44,000 bases of DNA from NCBI RefSeq assembly GCF_004010195.1, contig NC_057753.1, positions 5,086,462 through 5,130,461 of the forward strand, written 5' to 3'. The notes under the pieces were generated by a model. It ran no database searches and had not been told where the DNA came from. It saw only the letters and a list, made by a program, of their open reading frames with translations. Positions 21,487 through 33,149 of the stretch are shown piece by piece. Position 1 is the stretch's first letter; each line of letters opens with the position of its first letter. Source of the stretch: Chiloscyllium plagiosum. Its lineage: Eukaryota. Both the position numbers and the translations under genes were made by a program.

Positions 21487-21790
21487 AAAGTGGAGATTAA
21501 TTCCATCCCTCGGAATTTTTCGGATAATTTCCCGACCACAAATGTTAAACTCATTGACCAATAGTTTCCTGGTTTATCCCTTCCACCTTTCTTCAATTTT
21601 GATACCACGTTAGCTGTCCTCCAGTCCTGACTATTGGCCCTCCAGCTTCACAATGCCCTAGACCTATTCAGGAAACCCTAACCCTGGCCCCAGGTAAGCG
21701 ACACATCACCCTGGAGTCTCATCTGCAGCGGTAGAAATGCCTGTCTGTGCTCCACACTGTTGAATCTTCTGTTGCTATAATTCTCCCTCT
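20845..21790 (-). mobile_element. CR1 RT-region fragments
   Basis: KKGGRDKPGNY motif on the minus strand; GVSQGSALGPLLF in the inverted copy. Confidence 0.8.
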
Positions 21791-21989
21791 CTTTCTGCTC
21801 TCCCCTTTGCAGCTGGGCATTGACTGCATTTCCCAGAGGACACCACTCTCCCAATCCAGAGGACACCACTGTCATCTATCAAACTCTGTCTCGCTGATCA
21901 CTCCATGTAAAGGTAATTCATTTCCCAGGAGTGTATGTTAAGTCCCTTCGGAGTCACTACCGTCGGGATAGTCCATTTTAAAAATCAAC

Positions 21990-22330
21990 TTTGAGGAAAA
22001 TTTTCTTTCATCCAAAGGGTGGTGGGACTGTGGAACTGATTGCCTTTACGTGTGGTAGACAAGCAGGAAGCTGGGAGAATACAGCAAACCAGGCAGTAGC
22101 AAGAGGTGGAGAAGTCGACATTTTGGGTGTAACCCTTCTTCAGATAAGTGTGGTAGAGGCAGAAACCCTCATAACACTTAAGACGTAGAGTATTTAGATG
22201 TATACTTGCAAAGCCAAGGTATACAGGGTTATGGGCCAAGTGCTGGAAAATGGGATTAGAGTTGTTAGGTGCTTATTTTTGACCATTGCAGACTCAATGG
22301 ACCAAAGAGCTGGAGACCTCAATGACTCTA
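21990..22330 (+). mobile_element. CR1 3' end with a nested short element
   Basis: tgaggaaaattttctttcatccaaagggtggtg and tail. Confidence 0.7.
22052..22143 (-). mobile_element. Short hammerhead-type element, CpG-decayed
   Basis: Minus strand: CTGAAGAagggttacacccAAAAtGTCgacttctccacctc. Confidence 0.65.
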
Positions 22331-22520
22331 AAATGCTTCGGATATGGGAAGGTATAGTAAACAGTCAAAAGAACACAAAGAAATTGTGGGAAACAGAACT
22401 GAAAGTTATGGTTAATAATACTGAATGACTACATCAGATTCACTTTAATGTGAAGTGCAAACAATTTGTTTGAAATCAATGTTTATAAAGCAAGAAACCA
22501 ATACAGCTTGTAATGTAGGG

Positions 22521-23382
22521 TGTGTGACATATTCCAATACCATTTAAGTTTGGATTTCTGAATTGTGTTTCTGCGGCTTATGGGTTTTTCTGTGTGCCTG
22601 GAGTGTTTAATTATTATAGGTATTTTTGTAGCCTTGGTGATTTACATGAAAAATAATTTGAAGACAAATGGGTTTTTGTTTAGAGTAGGAAAGGTTATGA
22701 CTACGCAATGTACACTGAGTCATACCTTAAGCTTTCTGACAGAAGTTTCAGAACTTTTTTTGATTAAAAACTTAAAAGAAAACACACAGCTGAAGAGGGG
22801 TTAGATTTTGGTTTCCATTTGGGGCAGTTCTGCAAGTGTCTTCAATTAAGGTGTCTGGTAAAGCAGTATTCCTGAGAAAGGTAGAAGACATCAGAATAGA
22901 TTACTTTTAGAGTAAGGAGATTAGTAATACTTCCAGACCAGACAGAATGTTTGAATAAAACCCTGAAGAGGTTATTTGAAGTTGTGAATGTTTACGGTCA
23001 GGTGCATGAAAGCTCCAAATATACCGTACCTGAATTTCTGAACTGGGAGTGGAAGTCATAGTTAAATCTATAGAGGTGTTAGGGAAAGCAATTTTCTTCA
23101 ATGTGAGTATTGTACTTTGGGTAGTGGGCAGAGGGGTAATGGGAATTTGTAAAGGAGTGCTTTTAGGATCATGTTTCCATGTGTTTCAACATCTTTAAGT
23201 TTGATGTATAAGTAAACAGTCTTTTGCTTTTGCTTAAAAATTTCTGTTTTACTGTTAAAACCAAATTTGCCACATTACATGCTTTTTTTTCCCCAATGAC
23301 AGACAACTTCATTAAAACCAAAACAAACCATGATCTACCAAGCCAGACTCGTCTGGTAATAACATCAGCTGGGATCACAACA
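22521..23382 (+). mobile_element. Probable solo LTR
   Basis: TGTGTGA...TCACAACA ends, near-TSD AGGG/AGGA, ATTAAA near the 3' end. Confidence 0.5.
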
Positions 23383-23694
23383 AGGAATACTTGGAAATCA
23401 AAAGTGAAACAGAAGTGAGATATGAGAATAGTATCACAATATTACGGATTGCCAGGTGTGGACCCACAACTATAACTTTATCAAATAACACAACTCATAA
23501 GAACAAATTATCTTGCATTACACTTGTTAGTAACACTGAATGCTCAGAAAGAATCACCTTGTCCTGAATTTGGAGGACAGAAAGTCTAGTGGTTAGTTCA
23601 GTTCTTCTTCCTCTCAGATCTGTTCTAACAAGCTGTGCTTATTTGAGTTAAAAGTTATACAGACTCACTCGCTCAATGATCAGATCTCATTGAA

Positions 23695-24420
23695 AAGGAA
23701 ATTCAACAGGATATTGCTTGGATTGGAACATTTTAGTGATGAAGAGAGGGTGTGGGAGCTTAAGATAGAGGGTAGCAAGGGGCTCAGTGGTTAGCACTAC
23801 TGCCTGACAGTGCCAGGGACCTGGATTCAATCCCAGCCTCGGGGCAACCGTCTGTGTGGAGTTTGCACATCAGCCCCGTGTCTGCGTGGGTTTCCTCCGA
23901 CAGTCCAAAGATGTGCAGTTTGGCGAATTGGCCATGCTAAATTGCCCATAGTGTTCAGGGATGTGTAGGTTAGGTGCATTAGTCAGGGGTAAATGTACAG
24001 TAACAGGGGAATGCTTCTGGTGGGATACTCTGTGGAGGGTTGGTGTGGACTTTCTGGGACGAAGGGTCTGTTTCCACACTGGAGGGATTCTATGAGTGGA
24101 TTTGAAGCAGCTAACCTCCTCGGTTGAAAGGTCAATAACAAGGGGCATAATTTTAACATGAAGGGTCTCAGTAGGTTGAGAGGGGATTTGAGGAATAATT
24201 TCTTTTCATCCAGAGGGTGGTAGGAATCTGAAATGCACTGCTTGAGGAGATAGTGGAGGTGAGAAACCTCACAACCATTAAAAAATAAATGAATGAGCAG
24301 TTAAAGTGTCATGACATTCCAGGTTATGTACCAAAAGCTGGGAAGCAGATTTGGTGTAGACAGGTGAGCATAGACTCAATGAGGCGAAGGGTGTCTTCTG
24401 TGCTGTTTATGATGCAATGA
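23695..24420 (+). mobile_element. CR1 3' fragment with a nested HE1-like SINE (about 23770-24094)
   Basis: CR1 C-terminal motifs flank a SINE head, body and tail. Confidence 0.8.
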
Positions 24421-24669
24421 GCTATGATACAAGCTGTGTCTGAGGTACATTTCTTGTACAGATTTATTCACTCACTTGGTGATCAGATCTCACTGAACTG
24501 TGACACAAGCTGCGACTATCTGAATTACATTTGAACAGACTCACCTGCTCAATGTTCAGATCTCAATAAACTAGCTGCGCCTGAACCATATTTGTGGTTT
24601 GACTGAACTACAGCAATAAAGAAAATTATATTTCAGTACAGCTTTTCACATCATAAAATGTTTCAGACA

Positions 24670-24795
24670 CATTGAATCAGATGACCAAAATCATGGACCA
24701 AGAGGTTTTCAGGACAAATTGAAGTAGAAAAGAGTTACTTATGGAGGAAAATCCAGAGCTTAGGGTCCAGGCAGCTGAAGACATGGTGACCAATT
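24670..24795 (-). mobile_element. L2-like 3' fragment
   Basis: ccagagcttagggtccaggcagctgaag, reverse of FSCLDPKLW. Confidence 0.45.
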
Positions 24796-25199
24796 AACCC
24801 ATTCCTGGGCCTGCTCACAGTTCACCTCACTAATCTCATGCTATTCTGAGTAATCATCATTCTTCTATCTTCCTCTTATTTCAACATTGTTGGAAATTAT
24901 TTTACTGGTGATTTATTTTACTGATGTCCCTGTACTCGCACTCACAAACAGTTTCAATTTTTTTGTAGCTATTAGCAGTACCGTAGTAAGCTTTTGAAAA
25001 CTGAATCTCCCAGGATGTCCCGACCTTGGAGTATTTTCTCTGCTGTGCCCTCATATTTAGCCAATCCAAAGCACAAAGGCAATTTTCGAATTAACTTAGG
25101 TGTAAGCAGGGAATAATCAAGTTGGGTATTAATAATCAACCTGATCTAATAATTTTCCAGCAATCTTGAACAGTCTCGTTGGGCAGAGATATTTCCCTT

Positions 25200-25380
25200 G
25201 TGGCCGAACTGCTGCTTTGCAATATAGGGGAATGCCCACTGTGTGGGTTCAATTCCCACACCAGCTTACGTTACCATGAAGGATACTCCTTCTCAACCTC
25301 TCTCTCCCCACCTGCCATGTGGTGCCCTTCAGGTCAACCACCACCAGTCCTCTCTCTCTCTCTCTAATGAGAGAATAGGA
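25200..25380 (+). mobile_element. Second tRNA-like SINE family
   Basis: B box GGTTCAATTCC; body shared with 20645-20838; (CT)n. Confidence 0.6.
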
Positions 25381-26099
25381 CCGTAGCAACTTATTTTTGG
25401 GCCAGAAAACCCCCATTCAAGTTCCACCCGTCTCAAAGAACACATCCAAACAACAACAAATATTTCAACATGAAACCAGCAAAGGAGGGAGATGGTCTTC
25501 AGGTATGAGCTTGGACAAGAGCTGGAACTGTTCCAACTCATACACCTTAAAAAAGGAAGCTTGATATTTTGTCAAATATCCCTTGGCCGAATGCAATTCC
25601 CAGCACACACCCGTCCTGTTACTTCTACCTTCTTTGTGGTTTCAGCAGAGGTACAGACAGGCTGCTCAGATCCCTGCTGGCACTGCTCAAATACTTTTGG
25701 TCTCCACTCTCTTCAGTTTCAGAGTCCTGGACGGTCCCATAAAGATTGCTCCTCTGTAGGTACAGGTGGAACTGACTCCGAGTGGAGGGGCAGGAGATGG
25801 AGGCAGTGCATCGGGTGCTGCTTGGGGATTAAGGGTTGAGAAGCTGGAGTGCTTCAAGTGGAGTTCCCACTACCCTGTCTCCCAACATCCATCTCCTGGA
25901 CCAGCGTCACATCATTGTTCCCACTCTGCTACAGACCAGTTTGTTGGAGATCAAGCATATGTTGCAAGTGCACAGATATGACTACCTGTCATCCTGTCTA
26001 AGGCAGTAGACGTGTCCTGTATTGATCCATTTCAAAGTGGTGCTTGAAGCTCCAGGGAGACAGTCACTGTTTTCATGAGAGATAGTCTTTATAACCTAC

Positions 26100-26255
26100 G
26101 ACCTCTGAACCCAGTGCACTCCTCCGATTCTGATTTTCCTACCTACCGCCTACAACGCTCCACAATATTGGCCCAGCTTTGAGCTGCAAAGGCCTCAAGC
26201 TCTGAAATTCCTTCCCTAAACTCCTTCCCATCTTTTAAGATATTTCTTAAAATGT
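26100..26255 (+). mobile_element. L2-like 3' fragment
   Basis: AxSCKGLKL*NSFP followed by tttaagatatttcttaaa, typical of the L2 ORF2 end. Confidence 0.45.
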
Positions 26256-26330
26256 AATTGTTATTGTTATCGCCTTACAGTGGGAGAATCAGACATGACC
26301 AACAAACATTTTTAATGCTTGGACAATAAG

Positions 26331-26479
26331 GATCAGAGCTGAAAAATGTGTTGCTGGAAAAGCGCTTATGCCCGAAACGTCGATTGCCCTGCTCCTTGGA
26401 TGTTGCCTGACCTGCTGCGCTTTTCCAGCAAAACATTTTTCAGCTCTGATCTCCAGCATCTGCAGTCCTCACTTTCTCC
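26331..26479 (+). mobile_element. Fold-back short Penelope-derived element with a half hammerhead
   Basis: 35-bp inverted arms 26331-65 and 26417-51; flanking direct repeat ACAATAAGGATCAG. Confidence 0.85.
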
Positions 26480-26759
26480 ACAATAAGGATCAGCCATTTT
26501 CGAACTGGAAACGTGAACCTGCCACTTCACTTTCAGTCAGGAACAGAAGCCAGTTTGACCCAATCTCTGATTGAACGTTTCCAACATTGCTGTTGTTCTT
26601 GCTGAATCTAAACCCAGTTGTAAAGGAGCTTGTGTTTGATGTCGAGAAGCTCTTAACCATGGAAGACAGCAGCTGGGTAATATTCCTACCCCAACCTAAA
26701 ATTACCCCCATGTTTAGTCCTGGGTGTGATTAACAGCAGCAATGACTTCAAAATCCAAG

Positions 26760-27698
26760 TCATTCATGAACTTGCTGGTGCCTCAGCAGAGCAGATGACT
26801 GAGTGAATCCCTTCCCACACTTGGAGCAGGTGAATGGCCTCTCTCCTGTGTGAATACGCTGGTGTACAGTAAGGTGAGTTGACCGCCTGAACCCAGTTCC
26901 ACAGTGAGAGCACCTGAATGGTCTCTCATCAGTGTGAAGAATTTGATGGGACATCAGCTCCCCAGAACTTTTATAGCACTTTCCGCAGTCTGGACATTGA
27001 AAAGGTCTCTCATGAGTGTGAACTCTCTCATGTGTCAGCAGGGCAGATGACTGGGTGAAGCCCTTCCCACACTTGGAGCAAGTGAACAGTTTCTCACGAG
27101 TGTGGGTTTTCTGGTGCGAATGCAAGCTGGATAACTGAGTGAATCTCCTCCCGCAGTCAGGGCAGGTGAATGGTTTCTCCCCGGTGTGAGTTCTCTGGTG
27201 TTTCTGTAAGCTGGATAACTGAGTGAATCCCCGACCACAGTCAGAGCAGGTGAATGGCTTCTCCCCAGTATGAGTTCTTCGGTGTTTATATAAGTTGGAC
27301 GACTGAGCGAATCCCTTCCCACACTCGGAACAGGTGAATGGTTTCTCCCCAGTGTGAATTCTCTGATGTACATGTAAACTAGATAAATGAGCAAATCCTT
27401 TCCCACACTTGGAACAGATAAGCGGTTTCTCACCAGTGTGAATTCTCTGGTGTATTTGTAAGCTGGATAAATCAATGAATCCCTTTCCACACTTTGAACA
27501 CGATAACGGCCTCTCTCCAGTATGTCTGCGCCTATGAATTTCCAGCTGGGATGGGTAATTGAATCCTTTCCCACAGTCCCCACATTTCCATGGTTTCTCC
27601 ATGGTGTCAGCCCCAGTGTGAGTGCGTTGATGAGTTTCCAGCCAGGATGGGAATCTGAATCCCTTCCCACACTCCCCACATTTCCATGGTTTCTTCAT
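26760..27698 (-). CDS. C2H2 zinc-finger protein, 11 tandem fingers (312 aa); no effector domain seen
   Basis: 11 CxxC..HxxxH units with TGEKP-type linkers; alternative start at the second Met (MEKPWKC, ATG at about 27602). Confidence 0.93.
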   Translation of the reverse strand: MKKPWKCGECGKGFRFPSWLETHQRTHTGADTMEKPWKCGDCGKGFNYPSQLEIHRRRHTGERPLSCSKCGKGFIDLSSLQIHQRIHTGEKPLICSKCGKGFAHLSSLHVHQRIHTGEKPFTCSECGKGFAQSSNLYKHRRTHTGEKPFTCSDCGRGFTQLSSLQKHQRTHTGEKPFTCPDCGRRFTQLSSLHSHQKTHTREKLFTCSKCGKGFTQSSALLTHERVHTHERPFQCPDCGKCYKSSGELMSHQILHTDERPFRCSHCGTGFRRSTHLTVHQRIHTGERPFTCSKCGKGFTQSSALLRHQQVHE

Positions 27699-27822
27699 GG
27701 GTGCCAGTGTGGGTGTCTGTCAAGGTTGGATGATCAGTTGAATTCTCCTCCACACAGTGAACATGTGCTGTGAACAGTCAGATGTTTGTCAGTCTGTGTA
27801 ACTGCTTAAAGCTCTTTCCTCA

Positions 27823-28213
27823 CCATTTTGTCAAGGGCTTTCATCTAGTAGTGGTTCTTGGCTGGTCCAGGTCTCCTTGGGGGAGGAATCCCGCATGAAT
27901 ATGGGCTTTATTACAACTTGATGTTAATTCATTCCGAGCATGTACTTCACTATTTAATTACTATGTTATCCTTTTTTATTCTTCTTTGAGGAATGGAAGA
28001 TATTTTATTACACACTCTGGTTAGCTAAAGGTTAGATTAGTAGTTAGTTGAGTTTTGTCTTTTTTTTTCTGTATCTCTTCTTTTTGTTTGACAGCTTTTG
28101 GTTATTATTTATTTAATATAAAATTGTATATTAGTGCTTGTACTTGTGTTTTTTTTAATCTGTAAGCTTGTAAAAACATGTTAAATTTTCAATAAAAATA
28201 TCTATTTAAAAGA
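27823..28213 (+). mobile_element. 5'-truncated L1-clade retroposon 3' end
   Basis: T-rich 3'UTR, AATAAA at 28191, A-rich tail, 15-bp TSD aaagctctttc(c/t)tca, TT|AAA target. Confidence 0.8.
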
Positions 28214-28432
28214 AAAGCTCTTTCTTCAGTCAGTTTCATGGAACACTCTCAAGAGTGTTTGTGTCTCTTGCTGAGCTTACCCAATCAGAGATGATTGAAA
28301 CCATCCCCTCAAGCAGAACTCCATCCACATTTGGAGGCCAGCTTCAGCTGCAGATGAATGGAGTGACTGTGTCAGATCTTGACTTGACGTTTGATTTGAA
28401 TTTCCAGATGTACGCTCTCCTCTTCTAATCCC

Positions 28433-28450
28433 CTGCACCAAGTGATGACA
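28433..28450 (-). promoter_or_regulatory. Candidate splice acceptor of the ZNF gene 2 terminal exon
   Basis: tcacttggtgcag|GGGATTAGAAG at the position homologous to the acceptor at 11931-32. Confidence 0.5.
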
Positions 28451-28684
28451 AACTCGTCACCGAGTGAAAACAGTGAAATTAGAAACAAATACAACAATTC
28501 CAGTTTCTGTGGAATATTTTTGTCTCTTGTTCCTCCAAAGCATCCCACACAGTCTCCCTACTCCCTGGGTTGAAATCCCAATAAAGTGCTCGATAATTTG
28601 ACAATTTAGTCCAACTTGAAGTAGCAGCTAATGATGGAGCCTGGGAAATTGACAGCAGCTGCAGATCAAGACTGAGAAGAGAGG

Positions 28685-28782
28685 AAACAAAAAGATAAAC
28701 TGCTGGAAAAACTCAGCAGATCTGGCGATATATGTGGAAAGAAAGCAGCGTTAATGTTTCATGTGACCCTTCTTCACAACTG
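28685..28782 (-). mobile_element. Short hammerhead-type element, degenerate
   Basis: Minus strand: gTGAAGAagggtcacatGAAAcattaac...cagatctgctgagtttttccagc. Confidence 0.6.
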
Positions 28783-28821
28783 ATTTGATGGGAGATAAAA
28801 TACAGTAACAGGCGGTAAAGA

Positions 28822-29367
28822 ACAGAGAATCTGCTCAGCTCCTGTTTCTCAGTTGTTGAATTTGCTGATCCAGGCCACTCAAACCTGCCGGTTAATAAAC
28901 TAAGGTATAATTTAGAAACCTCTTCTTCTGTACTGTTCTGCTCCACTGAAGTTTTCACTTTTATGTCTAATGTACATTGCATTATTTCTGAAACTTAAAG
29001 AATGTACCAAACCATTTGTTGTACCAAGTATTTGTTCTGTTAAATTTAACGTTGTCTCCCTGCGTCTTTTACTAATTTGTGCGTTCACACTGATCAAGAA
29101 CACTCCCTAGTTTAAGTTGTTGAAGACTATGATCTTATGCTTCACAGATTCAGGGCTACAACACTTCTCTATCTTGAGATGATTGAGAAGTGTTGGGATC
29201 AATGGTCCCACCACCAATCACAGACATAGTTCTATTTCCATCCTTCCAGACTGAGAAATATCCACTAACATAACTCTGTTTTCCATGCTTCACTGGACTT
29301 CTAATCCTGCTGCTGCACATTCTTTAATATTAGCAGCTTCATCTTATTAACAATGCTTTCGTCTGTT
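28822..29367 (+). repeat. Duplicated block, copy A
   Basis: Collinear with 33961-34445 (acagagaatctgctca; ttaataaactaaggtataatttagaa). Confidence 0.85.
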
Positions 29368-30087
29368 CGTCACTTAACATATGAGGAACATTTGAGGACT
29401 CTGGGTTTATACTTGATGGAGTTTAGAAGGATGAGGGAGAAACTAATTAAAACATACAGAATACTGAATGACCTGCACAGAGTAGATGCTGGAAAGATGA
29501 TACTATTGATAGGAAAGACGAGGACCTGAGGGCACAGCCTTAGAGTGAAGGGAAGACCTTTTAGAACAGTGATAAGGAGAAATGTCTTCAGTCAGAGAGT
29601 AATGTATCCTTGCAACTCATTGCCACAGAGGGATGTTGAGGCCAGGCCATTGAGTATATTTAAGACCAAGATAAATAGGTTCTTGAGTATCAAGGGGATC
29701 AAGGGTTACCGGGAGAATGGGGTTAAGAAACATATCTGCCATAATTGAATGGCAGAGACAAAAAAAACTGCACATGCTTGAATACAATGTAGAGGGTGTA
29801 GTGGCAATGTCAAAGGATTAGTAATCCAAACCCCAGTCTAATGGTCTTGAGACATGGTTTCAGATCCTACTATGGCCAAATGAATTTGAAATTGATTAAA
29901 AAAGTCAGAAATTTAAAAAAAACAAGGTAGACAAGCAGGAGGCTGGAAGAACTCAGCAAGCCAGGGAGCTTCAAGAGGTGGAGAAATCAAACGTTGACTT
30001 CTCCACCTCCTGATGCTGCCATGATTGAATGGCGGAACAGACTCGATGGGCTGAGTGGCCTCATTTCCGCTCCTATGCCTTATGGTC
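29368..30087 (+). mobile_element. CR1 3' end containing a nested fold-back element (29757-30015) and SINE-like insert (about 29793-29920)
   Basis: RNVFSQRVMYPCNSLP; tail cctatgccttatggtc; absent from the paralogous site at 34416-34440. Confidence 0.85.
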
Positions 30088-30114
30088 ACCCTATCAAACC
30101 CGTTTTGACAACTA

Positions 30115-32192
30115 ATAGTCAGAGGGAAAATGAGAAACAAACTTGTAAGGAGATCTCAGCTATCTGTAAGAATAATAGGGTTATGGCAGGGGATTTTAAC
30201 TTTCCAAACATCGACTGGGACTGCCATAGTGTTAAAGGTTTAGATGGAGAGGAATTTCTTACCTGCGTACAAAACAATTTTCTGATTCATTATGTGGATG
30301 TGCCTACTAGAGAAGGTGCAAAACTTGACCTACTCTTGAGGGACGGGATGTACATGTATTTGGAAAGCAAGGACTGATTAGTGATAGTCAACATGGCATT
30401 GTGCGTGGGAAATCATGTCTCACAAACTTGATTGAGTTTTTTGAAGAAGTAACAAAGAAGATTGATGAGGGCAGAGCAGTAGATGTGATCTGTATGGACT
30501 TTAGTAAGGCGTTTGACAAGGTTCCCCATGGGAGACTGAATAGCAAGGTTAGATCTCATGGAATAAAGGGAGAACGAGCCATTTGGAAACAGAACTGGAT
30601 CAAAGGTGGTGGTGGAGGGCTGTTTTTCAGACTGGAGGCCTGTGACCAGTGGAGTGCCACAAGGATCGGTGCTGGGTCCTCTTCTTTTTGTCATATACAT
30701 AAATGATTTGGATGCCAGCATAAGAAGTACAGTTATTAAGTTTGCAGATGACACCAAAATTGGAGATGTAGTGGACAGCAAAGAGGGTTACCTCGGATTA
30801 CAACAGGATCTGGACCAGATGGGCCAATGGGCTGAGAAGTGGCAGATGGAGTTTAATTCAGATAAATGCGAGGTGCTGCATTTTGGGAAAGCAAATCTTA
30901 GCAGGACTTACACACTTAATGGTAAGGTCCTAGGGAGTGTTGCTGAACAAAGAGACCTTGTAGTGCCGGTACATAGCTCCTTGAAAGTGGAGTCGCAGGT
31001 AGACAAGATAGTGAAGGCGGCGTTTGGTATACTTTCCTTTATTAAGTATTGAGTACAGGAGTTGGGAGGTTACGTTGCGGCTGTATAGGACATTGCTTAG
31101 GCCACTGTTGGAATATTGTATGCAATTCTGGTCTCCAATGGGCTGAGAAGTGGCAGATGGAGTTTAATTCAGATAAATGCGAGGTGCTGCATTTTGGGAA
31201 AGCAAATCTTAGCAGGACTTACACACTTAATGGTAAGGTCCTAGGGAGTGTTGCTGAACAAAGAGACCTTGGAGTGCACGTTCATTGCTCCTTGAAAGTG
31301 GAGTTGCAGGTAGATAGGATAGTGAAGGTGGCATTTGGTATACTTTCCTTTATTGAGTATTGAGTACAGGAGTTGGGAGGTCATGTTGCAGCTGTACAGG
31401 ACATTGCTTAGGCCACTGTTGGAATATTGTATGCAATTAGATTAGATTACATTACAGTGTGGAAACAGGCCCTTCGGCCCGCCCCGCCAAAGCGCAACCC
31501 ACCCATACCCCTACATTAACCGCTTACCTAACACTACAGGCAATTTAGCATGGCCAATTCACCTGACCTGCACATCTTTGGACTGTGGGAGGAAACCGGA
31601 TTACCCGGAGGAAACCCACGCAGACACAGGGAGAACATGCAAACTCCACACAGTCAGTTGCCTGAGGCGGGAATTCTGGTCTCCTTCCTATCGGAAAGAT
31701 GTTGTGAAACTTGAAAGGGTTCAGAAAAGATTTACAAGGATGTTGCCAGCATTGGAGGATTTGAGCTCTAGGCAGCGGCTGAACAGGCTGGGGCTGTTTT
31801 CCCTGGAGCATCGGAGGCTGAGGGGTGACCTTATACAGGTTTACAAAATTATGAGGGGCATGGATAGGATAAATAGACAAAGTCTTTTCCCTGGAGTCGG
31901 GGAGTCCAGAACTAGAGGGCATAGGTTTAGGGTGAGAGGGGAAAGATATAAAAGAGACCTCAGGGGAACATTTTCACCCAGAGGGTGGTACGGGTATGGA
32001 ATGAGCTGCCAGAGGATGTGGTGGAGGCTGGTACAATTGTAACATTTAAGAGGCATTTGGATGGGTATATGAATAGGAAGGGTTTCGAGGGATATGGGCT
32101 GGGTGCTGGCAGGTGGGACTAGATTGGGTTGAGATATCTCGCCAGGTTGGACCGAAGGGTCTGTTTCCGTGCTGTACATCTCTATGACTCTA
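30115..32192 (+). mobile_element. CR1/HER1 LINE with an internal deletion (near 30338), a 311-bp tandem duplication and a nested SINE
   Basis: GDFNFPNIDW, SCLTNLIEFFEEV, DFSKAFDKVPH, GVPQGSVLGPLLF, FADDTK. Confidence 0.95.
31438..31672 (-). mobile_element. HE1-like SINE, 5'-truncated
   Basis: TAGAT tail and SINE body in reverse. Confidence 0.9.
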
Positions 32193-32270
32193 TAACCCAT
32201 CTGCACGACGACCGGCGCATGTCTTTTCTCGCTGAACTTGTGGCTGTTGCAGTGGGAGGGGAAAGGGGGC

Positions 32271-32353
32271 GGGGCGGGGCTGGAGGACCGGGGGGCGGGG
32301 CTGGATGACCGGGGGGCGGGGCTGGAGGGCCGAGGGGCGGGGCTGGAGGACCG
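32271..32353. repeat. 4 x 21-bp tandem repeat GGGGCGGGGCTGGAGGACCGG
   Basis: Units start at 32271, 32292, 32313 and 32334. Confidence 0.92.
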
Positions 32354-32738
32354 AAAGGCAGCACCTGGTCCTCCGAACAATGCGAGCGCGGCGCATGCGC
32401 CCTCCTTCGCCGAGACACGACCAACAGAATGGCAGTTGTTAACCCAGGCCTGAGGCGGTAAAAAAAGAGACTGACCATATGTCGCCGGAGCCAACAGTCC
32501 GGCGGTGGTTTTCGCTGAGCACTCGGCGTCTTCCCGATGCGTTTCCTGAAACGGCCCACCACGAGCGCCTTCCCCGTAACGCCGAGAAAAATCTCACCCG
32601 AGGGAAACGTCTCGGCGGCTCCCTCTGACCCCACGAACAGCAGTACCGATACTGCGCATGCTCCAGCGCACGTGGCGGCGCGCCCGGACTGAAGGATGAG
32701 ACAGGAAGCGCAGCGCCTGGGCAACGGACGAGATGGAG

Positions 32739-32915
32739 GAGGCGGGGCTGGAGGGTCGAGGGGGCGTGTCTGGAGGACCGAGTTGATGGGTACTCCTCCA
32801 GCCATTGGAAGTGAACGCGAGGCGGGGGCACGGCTGGAGGGTCGAGGGGGCGTGTCTGGAGGACTGAGTGGGTGGGTACTCCTCCAGCCAATGGACGTGA
32901 ATGGGAGGCGGGGCT
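32739..32915. repeat. Two and a partial 80-86-bp tandem repeat units
   Basis: gaggcgggg..ctggagggtcgagggggcgtgtctggaggac..gggtactcctccagcca(t/a)tgga at 32739 and 32819. Confidence 0.9.
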
Positions 32916-33149
32916 GAATTTCTGGAGCAGTCCGAGTGAATGAGGGGCGTGGCTGCATTACCAAACCCGTCGGAGTGAATGAGGGGCGTGGCCGGGCTGA
33001 GACATCCCAGCAGAGAGCTGCGCTAGAGATGAACAGGCTGGTTGTTATAAACTAGGTTGTCTGTTTTAGTTTCTGCTCTGTATTTAGAATTACTTAAAAC
33101 AGACTGCATGGTCGATTATGTTTCAATGTGTGACGTTCAGAAATATACT

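Larger units (their letters stand above)
32200..33020 (-). promoter_or_regulatory. CpG-island promoter and likely non-coding exon 1 of ZNF gene 2
   Basis: GC boxes, NRF1-type GCGCATGCGC at 32391, CACGTG at 32669, CCAAT at 32888, minus-strand donor CGG|GTGAGA at 32597. Confidence 0.7.

Noticed and set aside
30401..31363. Reverse transcriptase ORFs as an active element or host gene
   Set aside because: Frameshifted, internally deleted and duplicated CR1 copy
31841..32964. 217-aa and 260-aa Pro/Arg-rich ORFs
   Set aside because: They are translations of CpG-island tandem repeats running into antisense CR1
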